A program made the translations under genes and the position numbers. The notes beneath the pieces were generated by a model, which was given only the letters and a program-made list of their open reading frames with translations, was not told the origin of the DNA and ran no database searches. Shown here one piece after another: positions 1 through 9,297 of a stretch of 34,771 nucleotides of DNA; position 1 is the stretch's first letter; each line of letters begins with the position of its first letter. Source of the DNA: Bacteriovoracaceae bacterium (GTDB lineage: Bacteria; Bdellovibrionota; Bacteriovoracia; Bacteriovoracales; Bacteriovoracaceae); assembly GCA_041586955.1 (NCBI GenBank), contig JBFGZE010000021.1, positions 1 through 34,771 on the forward strand, given 5' to 3'.

Positions 1-1
1 C

Positions 2-319
2 AATAAATGGCCGAACGTTGATGCTATTATGGAAAATCTCAAGCATCAAGTTCTCAAAAACCCCATTAATGGCGGCGAAGGACTAAGGGCCTGCACTTAC
101 CCAGATCATGTTTATCGGGTCATTGAAGTACCACGCGCCTGGCTAACTGATAATGCCTTTCTTCAATTCATTCCCTTTTTCTTGCCGCGCTTTGTACTGG
201 ATTACCAAGAAAAGGATGAAGTAACTTGGCAAATCTGTAATCTCAATCAGTGCGAGATGCAAGGTAGTGGCAAAGAGGACTTTTTTAACCAATTAAGGCC
301 TAAAAATAATGAGCAATAG
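2..319 (+). CDS. Hypothetical protein, probably 5'-truncated by the window edge
   Basis: The frame is open from base 2 (NKWPNVDAIMENL...) to the stop at 319, which overlaps the next start. No recognisable motif. Confidence 0.55.
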   Translation, partial: NKWPNVDAIMENLKHQVLKNPINGGEGLRACTYPDHVYRVIEVPRAWLTDNAFLQFIPFFLPRFVLDYQEKDEVTWQICNLNQCEMQGSGKEDFFNQLRPKNNEQ

Positions 320-1250
320 CGGACCTTTAGCAGGAACTACGGTTCTAGACTTCTCCCATCGACTACCGGGGCCGCTTGCGGGCCATCTACTTAGTTGCCT
401 CGGGGCCAAGGTTATTAAAGTTGAAGATCATATTTTTAAAGATCCTTTTATTCAGGACAATGGCCCTTTTGATCAAAGCTTTTATCATTGGTACAAAGAG
501 CTTAATCAAAACAAGGAACTTATTCGCCTCGATTTCTCACATCCAGAGAAAAGGGTTCTCGATCAATTATTAGAACAGGCGGACGCTATTATTATGGGCC
601 CGCCTGAAAAGAAAAGAATGATTCTGGGGCTCGATAGGTCAAACTTAGAACTCAAAAAAAGGCCAATGGCCATTATTGAACCTATTGCTGGAGGTGGGCG
701 AAGTGTTCTCCATGATTTAAATGCTCTGGCCCTCGCAGAGATCCTTCCCCTCTATATTCAAAACGCCCCTTTGGATTTAAGGCCCCCATTTTTGCCATGG
801 GCGGGAATCATTTTTGGTCATCGCTTGGCCTTAGAATTATTGGCCAACTTAATCAAGGCCAAGGATAAAAATGGTCCTATTTTTCAAGAAGTCGCTCTTT
901 TAGATGCAGTCAAAGAGGCGATGACTCCCTTTTGGCCTGAGCAATTGCGGAAAAATAAGCAAACCCGCTTTCTCCACAATGGCCTCTACCCCTGTTATCA
1001 AATTTATAAAACGAGTGATGGCGGTCATTTGGCCTTGGCCTGTGTAGAAGAAAAATTTTGGCTAAGCTTTATAGACTGCTTTCAATTAAGGATGACCGGC
1101 CAAGATCGCTTTGACACGAGTGGTGTTATTCGTGAACGTATTGCCAAGCATATTTTATCAAAAACCTATGCTGAATGTTGTTTGCTACTAAAAGATAAAG
1201 ACATTTGTGTCTCTACAATAGACCCTCAAGCCACAAAACAGGGCGAGTGA
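309..1250 (+). CDS. Family III CoA-transferase (CaiB/BaiF, AMACR-like)
   Basis: N-terminal PLAGTTVLDFSHRLPGP...LGAKVIKVE, HDLN catalytic-Asp motif and YQIYKTSDG. Shorter than typical members at the C-terminus. Confidence 0.9.
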   Translation: MSNSGPLAGTTVLDFSHRLPGPLAGHLLSCLGAKVIKVEDHIFKDPFIQDNGPFDQSFYHWYKELNQNKELIRLDFSHPEKRVLDQLLEQADAIIMGPPEKKRMILGLDRSNLELKKRPMAIIEPIAGGGRSVLHDLNALALAEILPLYIQNAPLDLRPPFLPWAGIIFGHRLALELLANLIKAKDKNGPIFQEVALLDAVKEAMTPFWPEQLRKNKQTRFLHNGLYPCYQIYKTSDGGHLALACVEEKFWLSFIDCFQLRMTGQDRFDTSGVIRERIAKHILSKTYAECCLLLKDKDICVSTIDPQATKQGE

Positions 1251-2718
1251 TAGCTTTCATTAATTTAATTTTACCAGCAGAAGCACCACCAAAAATATCA
1301 ACTTTTTGATTATTATGGTCGATCGCCTCTTCACCTGGAAGGGCCATAAAAGTCATCTCCTTGCGCCTTTTCATCGCTTTCTTCAAACTCATAGCGACCT
1401 CAGGTGATTTTTCACAAAAAATACCTAATTCAGTATTAAAAAAGTCGGAACGATTATCTAAATTATATGTACCAATAAAAATCGTTTCATCATCGATGAT
1501 AAATGACTTTGAATGCGTTCCCCAACGGGCCTTTTTGGCGGCATAAACTAATGGCCACTCATCAGGCAGCCAAGAGCTATCGTATAAAAATAACTTCAGG
1601 CCATGGGCCAACCACTCATCCATTTCCGCGTAAAGATGAGAGGCCACATAAACGGCATCAGTGGAGGCCAGGGAGTTTGTGATTAATTGAACATCCACCC
1701 CTTTTTCCAAAAGGTTTTTTATCACCGATTTCTTGGGTTTATTTAAAATAAAATAGGGAGAAGATATAAATATGCTTTTCTGCGCTCTACGCATATGCTT
1801 TTTAATTTCATCTCCTACTCGTCGGTATTTGCGCCAATACTTAACGCCTGAAAAGTCAGAGAACCGGGCACCAGGAAAATCAGAAACAAATGTTAATTTT
1901 TGACAGGATGATGATTGCTTGGAATCAAGGGACCTACGGACACTCTGCTCTAAGCGTTGGATTATAGATTTCGCTTTTGTTTGGTCTTTAATCCAGTTAT
2001 GAACTTTGACCATTCGCCGTTTATTTACTTTTGCCCGCATTTTTTTATAGCGCTGAAGAGAGTTTCTTTGATGGAATAAACTATTATAATCGCGCTTATT
2101 GGGATTTTTCGCTTTTTGAACAATGCTATTATTCCAATAAATATTGAATGATTTTGTAATATCCAAAACCACCTCACCTTTCAGCCAAACATCTCTATCA
2201 AGAAAATTATAATCGGCATCCATAGCAAAGTATTCATTACCAATATTACGGCCACCTATTATCGCCTCGACCCCATCAATGGCCAAAACTTTGCGGTGAT
2301 TGCGAAACTGCATAGTGATAGGATTGAGAGCTCTATTATAATAACGGATTTCAAATGGTAATCGATGTCCCAATACTTGGGCATAATATTCATCTAATTG
2401 AAAAACGGTAAACGACTTATCAATAAGAAGTCGCACCTTAACACCCTCTTTGGCCTTTTTGAGTAATTCAATCATGATGATTTTACCGGCGGTGTCTGGC
2501 CTAAAGATGAAATACTCTAAGATAATTTCTCTCTTCGCCTTGCGAATGAGGTCAATTCTTTTGAGGAGGGCTTCTGACCCTCCCTCTAGCAGGAGAATTT
2601 CTTGAGGCGTATCGGTATAAGAGCGTAGAAAAGATGATCCCTGCCCTTGGCCATAAATTAAAAGAGGCAAAAAACTTAAAAAAGTTATGAATATTTTCAA
2701 TAAGTTAGATCTTATCAC
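1213..2718 (-). CDS. Phospholipase D family protein (ClsC/YmdC-like cardiolipin synthase)
   Basis: Two HKD motifs (HRKVLAIDG..GGRNIG and HSKSFIIDD..GTYNLD), TNSLASTD motif, N-terminal hydrophobic segment, GTG start. Confidence 0.9.
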   Translation of the reverse strand: MIRSNLLKIFITFLSFLPLLIYGQGQGSSFLRSYTDTPQEILLLEGGSEALLKRIDLIRKAKREIILEYFIFRPDTAGKIIMIELLKKAKEGVKVRLLIDKSFTVFQLDEYYAQVLGHRLPFEIRYYNRALNPITMQFRNHRKVLAIDGVEAIIGGRNIGNEYFAMDADYNFLDRDVWLKGEVVLDITKSFNIYWNNSIVQKAKNPNKRDYNSLFHQRNSLQRYKKMRAKVNKRRMVKVHNWIKDQTKAKSIIQRLEQSVRRSLDSKQSSSCQKLTFVSDFPGARFSDFSGVKYWRKYRRVGDEIKKHMRRAQKSIFISSPYFILNKPKKSVIKNLLEKGVDVQLITNSLASTDAVYVASHLYAEMDEWLAHGLKLFLYDSSWLPDEWPLVYAAKKARWGTHSKSFIIDDETIFIGTYNLDNRSDFFNTELGIFCEKSPEVAMSLKKAMKRRKEMTFMALPGEEAIDHNNQKVDIFGGASAGKIKLMKAITRPVLWLEGLL

Positions 2719-2782
2719 AATAGGTTTCCGTTATGCATAACACAACGTATCATCCATAATTCTATATATCCACAAGTGCTGC

Positions 2783-2820
2783 AAAAAATACAAAGGGCCC
2801 ACTAATGTGGGCCCCTTTTT
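2783..2820 (-). terminator. Intrinsic terminator after rplT, probably bidirectional
   Basis: GGGCCCAC-taat-GTGGGCCC stem at 2795-2814 with T-rich tracts on both strands, just past the rplT stop. Confidence 0.85.
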
Positions 2821-2842
2821 ATCAACTCAAATGAATTGTTTT

Positions 2843-3190
2843 TTATTTTTGAACGGTATTATAGATGGTCTGAAAAGCTTCGAAATCACGTGCAGCGATC
2901 TCAGCTAACATCTTACGGTTAATAGTAAGACCAGATTTCTTGGCCTGACCCATAAACTTTGAATAGCTTCCACCAAGAGTTTTGGCAGCAGCAGAAATAC
3001 GAGTAATCCAAAGTCTTCTCATATCTCTTTTAAGAAGACGACGGCCAATATAACTATAATGAAGAGCTCGTTTAACGGTCTCCGCGGCATGGCGATATTT
3101 AGTTCTACGGTCAAAGTGAAAACCTTTGGCCAATTTTAATACTTTGTTTCTTCTTCGACGGGCCTTAAAACCTCTACGAACACGTGACAT
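2843..3190 (-). CDS. rplT: 50S ribosomal protein L20
   Basis: MSRVRRG...LKLAKGF...KRDMRRLWITRISAA...INRKMLAEIA; SD AGGAG; infC-rpmI-rplT order. Confidence 0.98.
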   Translation of the reverse strand: MSRVRRGFKARRRRNKVLKLAKGFHFDRRTKYRHAAETVKRALHYSYIGRRLLKRDMRRLWITRISAAAKTLGGSYSKFMGQAKKSGLTINRKMLAEIAARDFEAFQTIYNTVQK

Positions 3191-3274
3191 ACAATTCTCC
3201 TTTTTAACGAGTTTTTGGGGGCCATTTGACTCTTTAATCCCAAATCTCAGTTTAATTCACGTCTTAACGACTCA

Positions 3275-3472
3275 TTAAATGCCTGGTAGGCATACCTTAA
3301 TTCTTTTTGTATCTGCTGCATGAACGTAATCTGTCTTTCCTGCTCTTTTCTTAGCTTTATGAGACTTCTTCTCCAGGATGTGACGAAGATTTGCTCTTTT
3401 TCTTTTAAGCTTTCCAGAACCAGTAACAACAAATCGCTTGGCCACAGCACGACGAGTTTTCATTTTTGGCAT
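3275..3472 (-). CDS. rpmI: 50S ribosomal protein L35 (start corrected to 3472)
   Basis: MPKMKTRRAVAKRFVVTGSGKLKR...RHILEKKS; SD AGGAG precedes the ATG at 3472. Confidence 0.97.
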   Translation of the reverse strand: MPKMKTRRAVAKRFVVTGSGKLKRKRANLRHILEKKSHKAKKRAGKTDYVHAADTKRIKVCLPGI

Positions 3473-3582
3473 AAAATTTCTCCTAAATATTTCTATTGGC
3501 AAGATTACTTACCAAATTACTCTACAATTGTAAAACCCTGATTTAACAAAAGGATATTATTATGATCAAAGGTGACCTTTTT

Positions 3583-4167
3583 TCAGACTTTAAAGGTTCC
3601 ACTTTTCAATTTCTTATCAATTTCTTTTTTATCCGGGCTTAAGATAGTGATAATACGGTTCCCCATCATCTTAGGCTCTGACTCCACGATGGCACCAAAT
3701 TCTTCGATGGAAGCAATAATGGCCTTAAACTTAACCATACCTGAGTCACGGTAGGCCATTTCGCGGCCACGGAACTGCATAACAAGCTTAAGCTTATCCA
3801 TCTGAGCAAGAAACTTATAAGCTCTTTTAAGCTTGGTCTCCAGGTCATGGGTTTCAATATTGGGGCGAAATTGAATTTCTTTTAATTGAGTCTGGGCCTG
3901 TTTCTTCTTGGCCTCATTCGCCTTTTTCTGCTGATCATATTTAAACTTACCGTAATCAATTGCCTTAACAACTGGCGGGCGAGCATTTGGAGACACTTCA
4001 ACAAGATCAAGTCCGAGATCCCCAACGATACGACGGGCCTCCTCTAAACTAACAATACCAGGTGAACTTCCATCAGGTAGAAGCAGGCGGCATTCGGAAA
4101 TACGAATCTGTTCATTGATCCTAGGTCCTTGATGCTTTCTTCCCTTCTTTCCACGATTGTCTCTAAT
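3583..4167 (-). CDS. infC: Translation initiation factor IF-3 with ATT start (194 aa)
   Basis: The frame extends upstream of the tracked ORF as (M)RDNRGKKGRKHQGPRINEQIRISECRL...LDLVEVSPNARPPV..DYGKFKY; GGAGGT at 4178-4173 lies 5 nt before the ATT at 4167. Confidence 0.95.
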   Translation of the reverse strand: MRDNRGKKGRKHQGPRINEQIRISECRLLLPDGSSPGIVSLEEARRIVGDLGLDLVEVSPNARPPVVKAIDYGKFKYDQQKKANEAKKKQAQTQLKEIQFRPNIETHDLETKLKRAYKFLAQMDKLKLVMQFRGREMAYRDSGMVKFKAIIASIEEFGAIVESEPKMMGNRIITILSPDKKEIDKKLKSGTFKV

Positions 4168-4257
4168 GATATACCTCCAATTAAAATGAATTGTTGTAAT
4201 TTCTACTTTCTCTAATATAGGAAATCAACATAAATCATACCTTTATGTGCTGATTTT

Positions 4258-4725
4258 TCAAATATATCTGAAGATTTGGATCTTCATTGGTGTCAATTGA
4301 CTCGCTGCACCTTCAATAATGACAGTCGGGTCAAAGAGAATACGATAAGTTCCGGATAATTCCTTATCTTTATTTTTCTCATAAATAGGCCCAATCTGGG
4401 CCAAAACTGCTGACCAACAATTGGCCGAAATTTCGATAGAAATCGAGCTTTCATAAACGAAATGCCTCTGTGTATCGCGAATGGCAAACTGTTCATCTAG
4501 ATCATGATGAGTCGGACAAACAATAGATCGGGCCACCCAATAGGGCCCAAGCGCGGAGGGACCTTGGAAGCCCCACAATTCCCAAAACTTATTGAGAGGT
4601 CGTGCCTGTGGCGAATATTGGAGAAAATAATCTAATTGGAGAAACTCTGACCATAGATTATCTTCATGATCGATCTGGCGATAAAGAAGCCGTTCATTTT
4701 CAGTTTTGAGTAATTTAATCGTCAC
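4258..4725 (-). CDS. Hypothetical protein
   Basis: 155-aa ORF starting 3 nt after the acyltransferase stop; no motif recognised. Confidence 0.7.
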   Translation of the reverse strand: MTIKLLKTENERLLYRQIDHEDNLWSEFLQLDYFLQYSPQARPLNKFWELWGFQGPSALGPYWVARSIVCPTHHDLDEQFAIRDTQRHFVYESSISIEISANCWSAVLAQIGPIYEKNKDKELSGTYRILFDPTVIIEGAASQLTPMKIQIFRYI

Positions 4726-4728
4726 AAT

Positions 4729-6504
4729 TTATGCCCCACCTTTGATATTAAAGGCCATTTGATCTTTTAATTGGGAGCCATAAAAAGAGACTAATTCTTT
4801 TAAGCGATCTTCACTTTTAAGAAGGATGGCCCCGTTTTCTTGCTCAATAATTTTTAATTGAACTAAGTGCTTAAGAGCATTTTGAATAATCGGCATGCTA
4901 AAGCTTTCGGAATATTTAATAACTCGGCCAACACGTAATTCCTCAGTAAATTTATTTTTAATTTCTTTGATCAATAAATCTCGCTTCATCGGCAATTCAT
5001 CGCGGTTATGAAGAATAGTCAAAGTCGTAATATAATAGGCCTCAATTAAAAAGCTTAATGAGCGGTTAAAAACACCTACCGCAGAGGCCAAAGCGTAAAG
5101 CTCCTGATTGGAAAATTGAAACATTTCGTCCAAACTAGACACTTTTCGTCCAAGCGCGTCGGACATAATCTTAAGCGCACGAAAGAAAAACTGCTTAACA
5201 GTAGGCAAATAGAATTCAAATTTTAATTGTTTCCGCAAGTCTAAAATATACTGCTTCAACTGGGCCCGATCGGCGATTGTGCCATTAAAAAGGTTGATCC
5301 AAACTTGACCTAAAATTGCAGGCACTAAAAAATGATGGAGGATCATATTTTTAAAGTAAAGAAATTCAGGTCGAGCAATTGGCTCAATGGAGTAAAAAAC
5401 ATGAGGTCCTTGATGCTGACCAATTGCCTGAATTTTTTTATTACCGATCATGATATCCATCGCTCTTTCCATCGTCGTGATGAAGTGATCATCGTCAAGA
5501 GAATCTGTAATCGGCACGTGGTAGCGCTTACAATAGGAAATAATATTCGTTCCGCGCTGAAGAATATCTGTCCACTTTAAAGCACCAGAAGGCTCATCTA
5601 AAAGAATTAAAGATAAGAGTGAACTTGGAGTCACTCTCATATTTTTCCCAACTTCCCGGAAGCATTTAAAAGCGACATCATGAGTTTTTTGCTTTAAATC
5701 TTCGACCCCATTATTTTCTGCTAATATGGGTTTTCCCAAATGAATATGAACATTTCCAAATTGGTAAGCAAATAATTTGAAAAGACCGAATAATTGGCGA
5801 GTCGTCTCTTTCTTCTTTGCTTTACCACCCAACTCTCTCGTCAGTGATTTTTGTTCAGGAACATATTCATGAGCGATAGAAACAGGAATAAACATTAGAT
5901 TCCGGTTATCTTCCTTTTTAATCACTTCATGGGCCTCAAGCAGCATATGGAAAAGGCCAAAACGTGGTGGTAATAGCTTGCCCGTTCGAGAGCGTCCACC
6001 TTCAAAAAAGAACTCTATAGGCCGTCCCATTTTAAGAAGGTAATAGAGGTAACCCTCTAAGCTTAGCTTATAGAGAATGTCACTTTGAAAAGAGCGGCGA
6101 ATGAAAAAACAGCCCGATTTTCTAAAAAGGCGACCGATAGGGAAAATATTGAGGTTATTACCACCGGCAACATAGAGAGGCATTCTAAAATGCTTAAAAA
6201 ACATATAATTAATGGCCAAGTAATCAGCATGACTCTGATGATTGGGAACGAGAACAATACAATTGTCTTTAATAAGTCCCTCAATGTCCAAATCATTTTG
6301 TGAAAAATGAATTCCATCGTAGAGCTTGTTTAAGGATGTATCTAAAAACTTCTCAAATGACTTGAGAGTTCCTTCACTATATTCGGCCCTAATTTCTTTA
6401 AGATTTTTGAGAATCTTTTCGCGCACCTTAGCGGGGTCACGACTAGATTCAATTCTATTCTTAAGTTTGGGATATCCAAATACCACATCCGCCATTTGTG
6501 ACAT
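4729..6504 (-). CDS. plsB: Glycerol-3-phosphate acyltransferase (PlsB/DHAPAT-like)
   Basis: NHQSHAD (HX4D), GCFFIRRSF, FFEGGRSRTGKL and IPVSIAHE acyltransferase blocks; SD AGGAG. Confidence 0.85.
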   Translation of the reverse strand: MSQMADVVFGYPKLKNRIESSRDPAKVREKILKNLKEIRAEYSEGTLKSFEKFLDTSLNKLYDGIHFSQNDLDIEGLIKDNCIVLVPNHQSHADYLAINYMFFKHFRMPLYVAGGNNLNIFPIGRLFRKSGCFFIRRSFQSDILYKLSLEGYLYYLLKMGRPIEFFFEGGRSRTGKLLPPRFGLFHMLLEAHEVIKKEDNRNLMFIPVSIAHEYVPEQKSLTRELGGKAKKKETTRQLFGLFKLFAYQFGNVHIHLGKPILAENNGVEDLKQKTHDVAFKCFREVGKNMRVTPSSLLSLILLDEPSGALKWTDILQRGTNIISYCKRYHVPITDSLDDDHFITTMERAMDIMIGNKKIQAIGQHQGPHVFYSIEPIARPEFLYFKNMILHHFLVPAILGQVWINLFNGTIADRAQLKQYILDLRKQLKFEFYLPTVKQFFFRALKIMSDALGRKVSSLDEMFQFSNQELYALASAVGVFNRSLSFLIEAYYITTLTILHNRDELPMKRDLLIKEIKNKFTEELRVGRVIKYSESFSMPIIQNALKHLVQLKIIEQENGAILLKSEDRLKELVSFYGSQLKDQMAFNIKGGA

Positions 6505-6521
6505 ATTGTTTTTACTCCTGT

Positions 6522-7583
6522 TTATTGCACACCATGGGGGCGAGACTCAGACATACCAGAAGACGTCATTTCCATAAATTGAGCAACCTTAGGCATATCG
6601 AGAATATTATTAACCCCTAAATAGGTCATACCAGAGCGAATACCACCTGTAAGCTCCTGAAAAACATCATTCACGCTTCCTTTACAGGAAATATAGGTCG
6701 ACTCTCCTTCGGCCGCCATCCCCGTCGGCAACTCCCCTCGCCAAGAGACCTGGGCCGATTTTGAGGCCATGCCACGATATAATTTTTTACCACTCTTAAC
6801 CTCTCCGGGAGTTTCTAAGGTTCCAGAGAGAAGTGATCCCAGCATCGCCGTTTGGGCACCAGCGGATAGGGCCTTGACAATATCCCCACTGGTTTTAATA
6901 CCGCCGTCAGCAATAATAGGTACCCCTGAACTGCGCGCTTCTTCCGCACAGATCGCAATGGCCGTCAACTGGGGAACACCATGGCCCGTAATGATTCGAG
7001 TCGTACACATTGACCCTGGGCCGATCCCAACTTTAATGGCATCGGCGCCAGCATCGATTAAACGGCGCACACCACCAGGGCTGGCCACATTACCAGCAAT
7101 AACATCAATATGAGGAAATTTCGTTTTTACATATTCAACAGTCTCCAACATCATCACAGAATCCCCGTGAGCAATATCGAGAGTGAGGATTTGCGCTCCA
7201 GCATCAACTAAGTGATCCGCGCGTTCCTTCCCTTCCTCCTTGACACCGATTGAAGCGGTAATAGGAGTCGTTAAATTTTCCTTTTGCTGAGCAATTATCA
7301 ATTCTTTAATTTGTTGAACTTGTTCCTCGCAGGTCATAAAGCGGTGAAGAATACCCACTCCACCTAAGCGCGCCATGGAAAGGGCCATTTCTTTTTCTGT
7401 CACTGTGTCCATATTTGAAGAGATGAGAGGTGCTTGAAGGGTATAGTTCTTGGTTAATTGGGTGTCCAAAATAGGGATTCGACGAGAGGAGATTTCAGAA
7501 TGGCAAGGTACCATCAAAACATCATCAAAAGTAAGGCCTTTCCCTCGATGAGGTATGCCCAAAGATCCAAAAATTAATTCCAT
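6522..7583 (-). CDS. IMPDH/GMP reductase family oxidoreductase without CBS domains, possibly GMP reductase
   Basis: LTFDDVL, SSNMDTVT, DIAHG, KVGIGPGSMCTTR, IADGGI, YRGMAS. Likely start is ATG 7583 with SD GGGAG. Confidence 0.9.
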   Translation of the reverse strand: MELIFGSLGIPHRGKGLTFDDVLMVPCHSEISSRRIPILDTQLTKNYTLQAPLISSNMDTVTEKEMALSMARLGGVGILHRFMTCEEQVQQIKELIIAQQKENLTTPITASIGVKEEGKERADHLVDAGAQILTLDIAHGDSVMMLETVEYVKTKFPHIDVIAGNVASPGGVRRLIDAGADAIKVGIGPGSMCTTRIITGHGVPQLTAIAICAEEARSSGVPIIADGGIKTSGDIVKALSAGAQTAMLGSLLSGTLETPGEVKSGKKLYRGMASKSAQVSWRGELPTGMAAEGESTYISCKGSVNDVFQELTGGIRSGMTYLGVNNILDMPKVAQFMEMTSSGMSESRPHGVQ

Positions 7584-7684
7584 GCCAACTCCCTGTCCGA
7601 AATAAGATTGAAGGCCAATATTATCTTGGTTAAAAACTATTGCCAATGGATTTCAGGACAACACATAGCGCAATACGAAAAGAA

Positions 7685-9277
7685 TTAATCCCCTTTAGCA
7701 ATTAACTCATCCATATCGCGAATACGTGAGCGAAAAGAACGTAAGGATTCATATAATAAAAAGGCGTGCGGTCCATACTTGGGGGATTTTTGTAATAAAG
7801 GAGCAAGGTCGTCTTTAACCCAGTCCACCATTTCTTGGTCGAGAACTTTCGTTTCCTGTAAATTACCCTGACCCATACACCATTGACGCAAAAGGCCCAT
7901 GGTTCGCAGGAAATACTTCTTTAAAGACTCCCAGGGAGGTAAGTAATCAATGACCTCACCCATCAAACCTTCCATCCGTAGCTTGGTCAGATTGGTCGCC
8001 AAATGATCCAATGAATCGGCCATTCCCTCCAACGTATCTGTCATGCGAATGGCCAAACGCAGCTTATTGGCCTGACCTTTAGAGAGGGGCTGAACAATCA
8101 CCCATTCCATAAAGGCCCCTAGTTCACTCCGCATTCTGTCAGTCACTCGCTCATAATTTTTAATTTTCGCTAAACTACGAGCATCCGCTTGATCGCCATG
8201 ATTTAAATAGTCATCAGTGGCAATCATCATACGTTCAACAATATTTTGAAATTTATTGATTTGAAGTTGCGCTTGAATAAGGGCCAGCCCAGGAGGAATG
8301 TCATAAGCATGGGGTAAAATTTCCAATTCATAGGGGCCGCGCTTGGCCTTGGATGGCAAATTTCTCATCCATAACCCCGACCAATTCTGCCCCATGAGAG
8401 CACAAATAAAAGAGAGAAGGAAATGGATGGCAAAATGAAAACATAAGGGCAAATAGGCCACCATTTCCTGTAACCATTGTTCATCGTTGGCCCAGGGAAT
8501 GAGAAAAAGAAGAGAAAGTGTCCCTATCGCCGCCATTAATTTATAGGTTACCTGAGCACGCACTAACCTTTTAGTGATGGCACTTGTTTTGATACCTGAT
8601 AATGCCATGAAAAAGGCCTGAGCGAAGAATATCGCAGGTAAAACAAATGAGCCCTCCCAAAGGCTGACTTGAAACGCCAAAAGTAAGGGAATAACCACCA
8701 AATAAGTTAAAAAGGCAGAGCGAAAACAAAAAGTTAAAACCAGACCAGTAAAAAATATCGAGACCTTTGCATAAAGGAAAAACTCTTCCCACCAAAAGGG
8801 AAAAATCTCCGGGCCTTGAGAGACCTGGTCCAATAGCAAATTAACGCCCAAAAGAAGTGCACCAAAACCCAATAATAATAAAGGTAATGGCCTATTCTGA
8901 AAAAAGATAAAACCAAATAGACCCAAGGCCAATGAGACTTCAGCGACCTCTGTTGGCATAACCATAAAAAAAATAAGGATAATGGGCGCCCCGAGAGAAT
9001 TGCCTAAAGTCATCCCCAAACTTCGATTTAAAGGAATGAGACCTGCATGAACCATGCTCACGACTGAACGATGCGCTTGTTGGCCAGAGCTCAGGCAAAA
9101 AGAATAGGCCAGCCCCTGGAGTCCCTGACCCCATAGGGTTTGGGGAGTTTTTAAGAGTAATTGATGGATAAAAGAGCTCGTGAATCTTTGAAAATGGCCT
9201 ACCCACCAGCGAGAAAGCAGCGCTAAAAGCCCTATTGCTGCCAGGGTTTCTACCAGCCATAATAATTGATGATTAAT
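7685..9277 (-). CDS. Divergent Na/Pi cotransporter family protein with PhoU-like C-terminus, ATT start (530 aa)
   Basis: In-frame extension to ATT 9277 with GAGGAG 7 nt upstream. VHAGLIPLNRSLGMTLGNSLG resembles the family segment FVNAGLLTLRQAIGVILGANIG; C-terminal helical ERVTD...DTLEGMAD repeats are PhoU-like. Confidence 0.8.
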   Translation of the reverse strand: MNHQLLWLVETLAAIGLLALLSRWWVGHFQRFTSSFIHQLLLKTPQTLWGQGLQGLAYSFCLSSGQQAHRSVVSMVHAGLIPLNRSLGMTLGNSLGAPIILIFFMVMPTEVAEVSLALGLFGFIFFQNRPLPLLLLGFGALLLGVNLLLDQVSQGPEIFPFWWEEFFLYAKVSIFFTGLVLTFCFRSAFLTYLVVIPLLLAFQVSLWEGSFVLPAIFFAQAFFMALSGIKTSAITKRLVRAQVTYKLMAAIGTLSLLFLIPWANDEQWLQEMVAYLPLCFHFAIHFLLSFICALMGQNWSGLWMRNLPSKAKRGPYELEILPHAYDIPPGLALIQAQLQINKFQNIVERMMIATDDYLNHGDQADARSLAKIKNYERVTDRMRSELGAFMEWVIVQPLSKGQANKLRLAIRMTDTLEGMADSLDHLATNLTKLRMEGLMGEVIDYLPPWESLKKYFLRTMGLLRQWCMGQGNLQETKVLDQEMVDWVKDDLAPLLQKSPKYGPHAFLLYESLRSFRSRIRDMDELIAKGD

Positions 9278-9297
9278 ACTTTTACTCCTCTATTAAT

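Noticed and set aside
2766..2774. DnaA-box-like ATATCCACA
   Set aside because: It is a single 8/9 match with no cluster of boxes or origin context.
8940..9260. 106-aa ORF as a frameshifted N-terminus of the transporter (pseudogene)
   Set aside because: The transporter's own frame is open to ATT 9277 with a good SD and encodes family-like sequence, so this ORF is an off-frame shadow.
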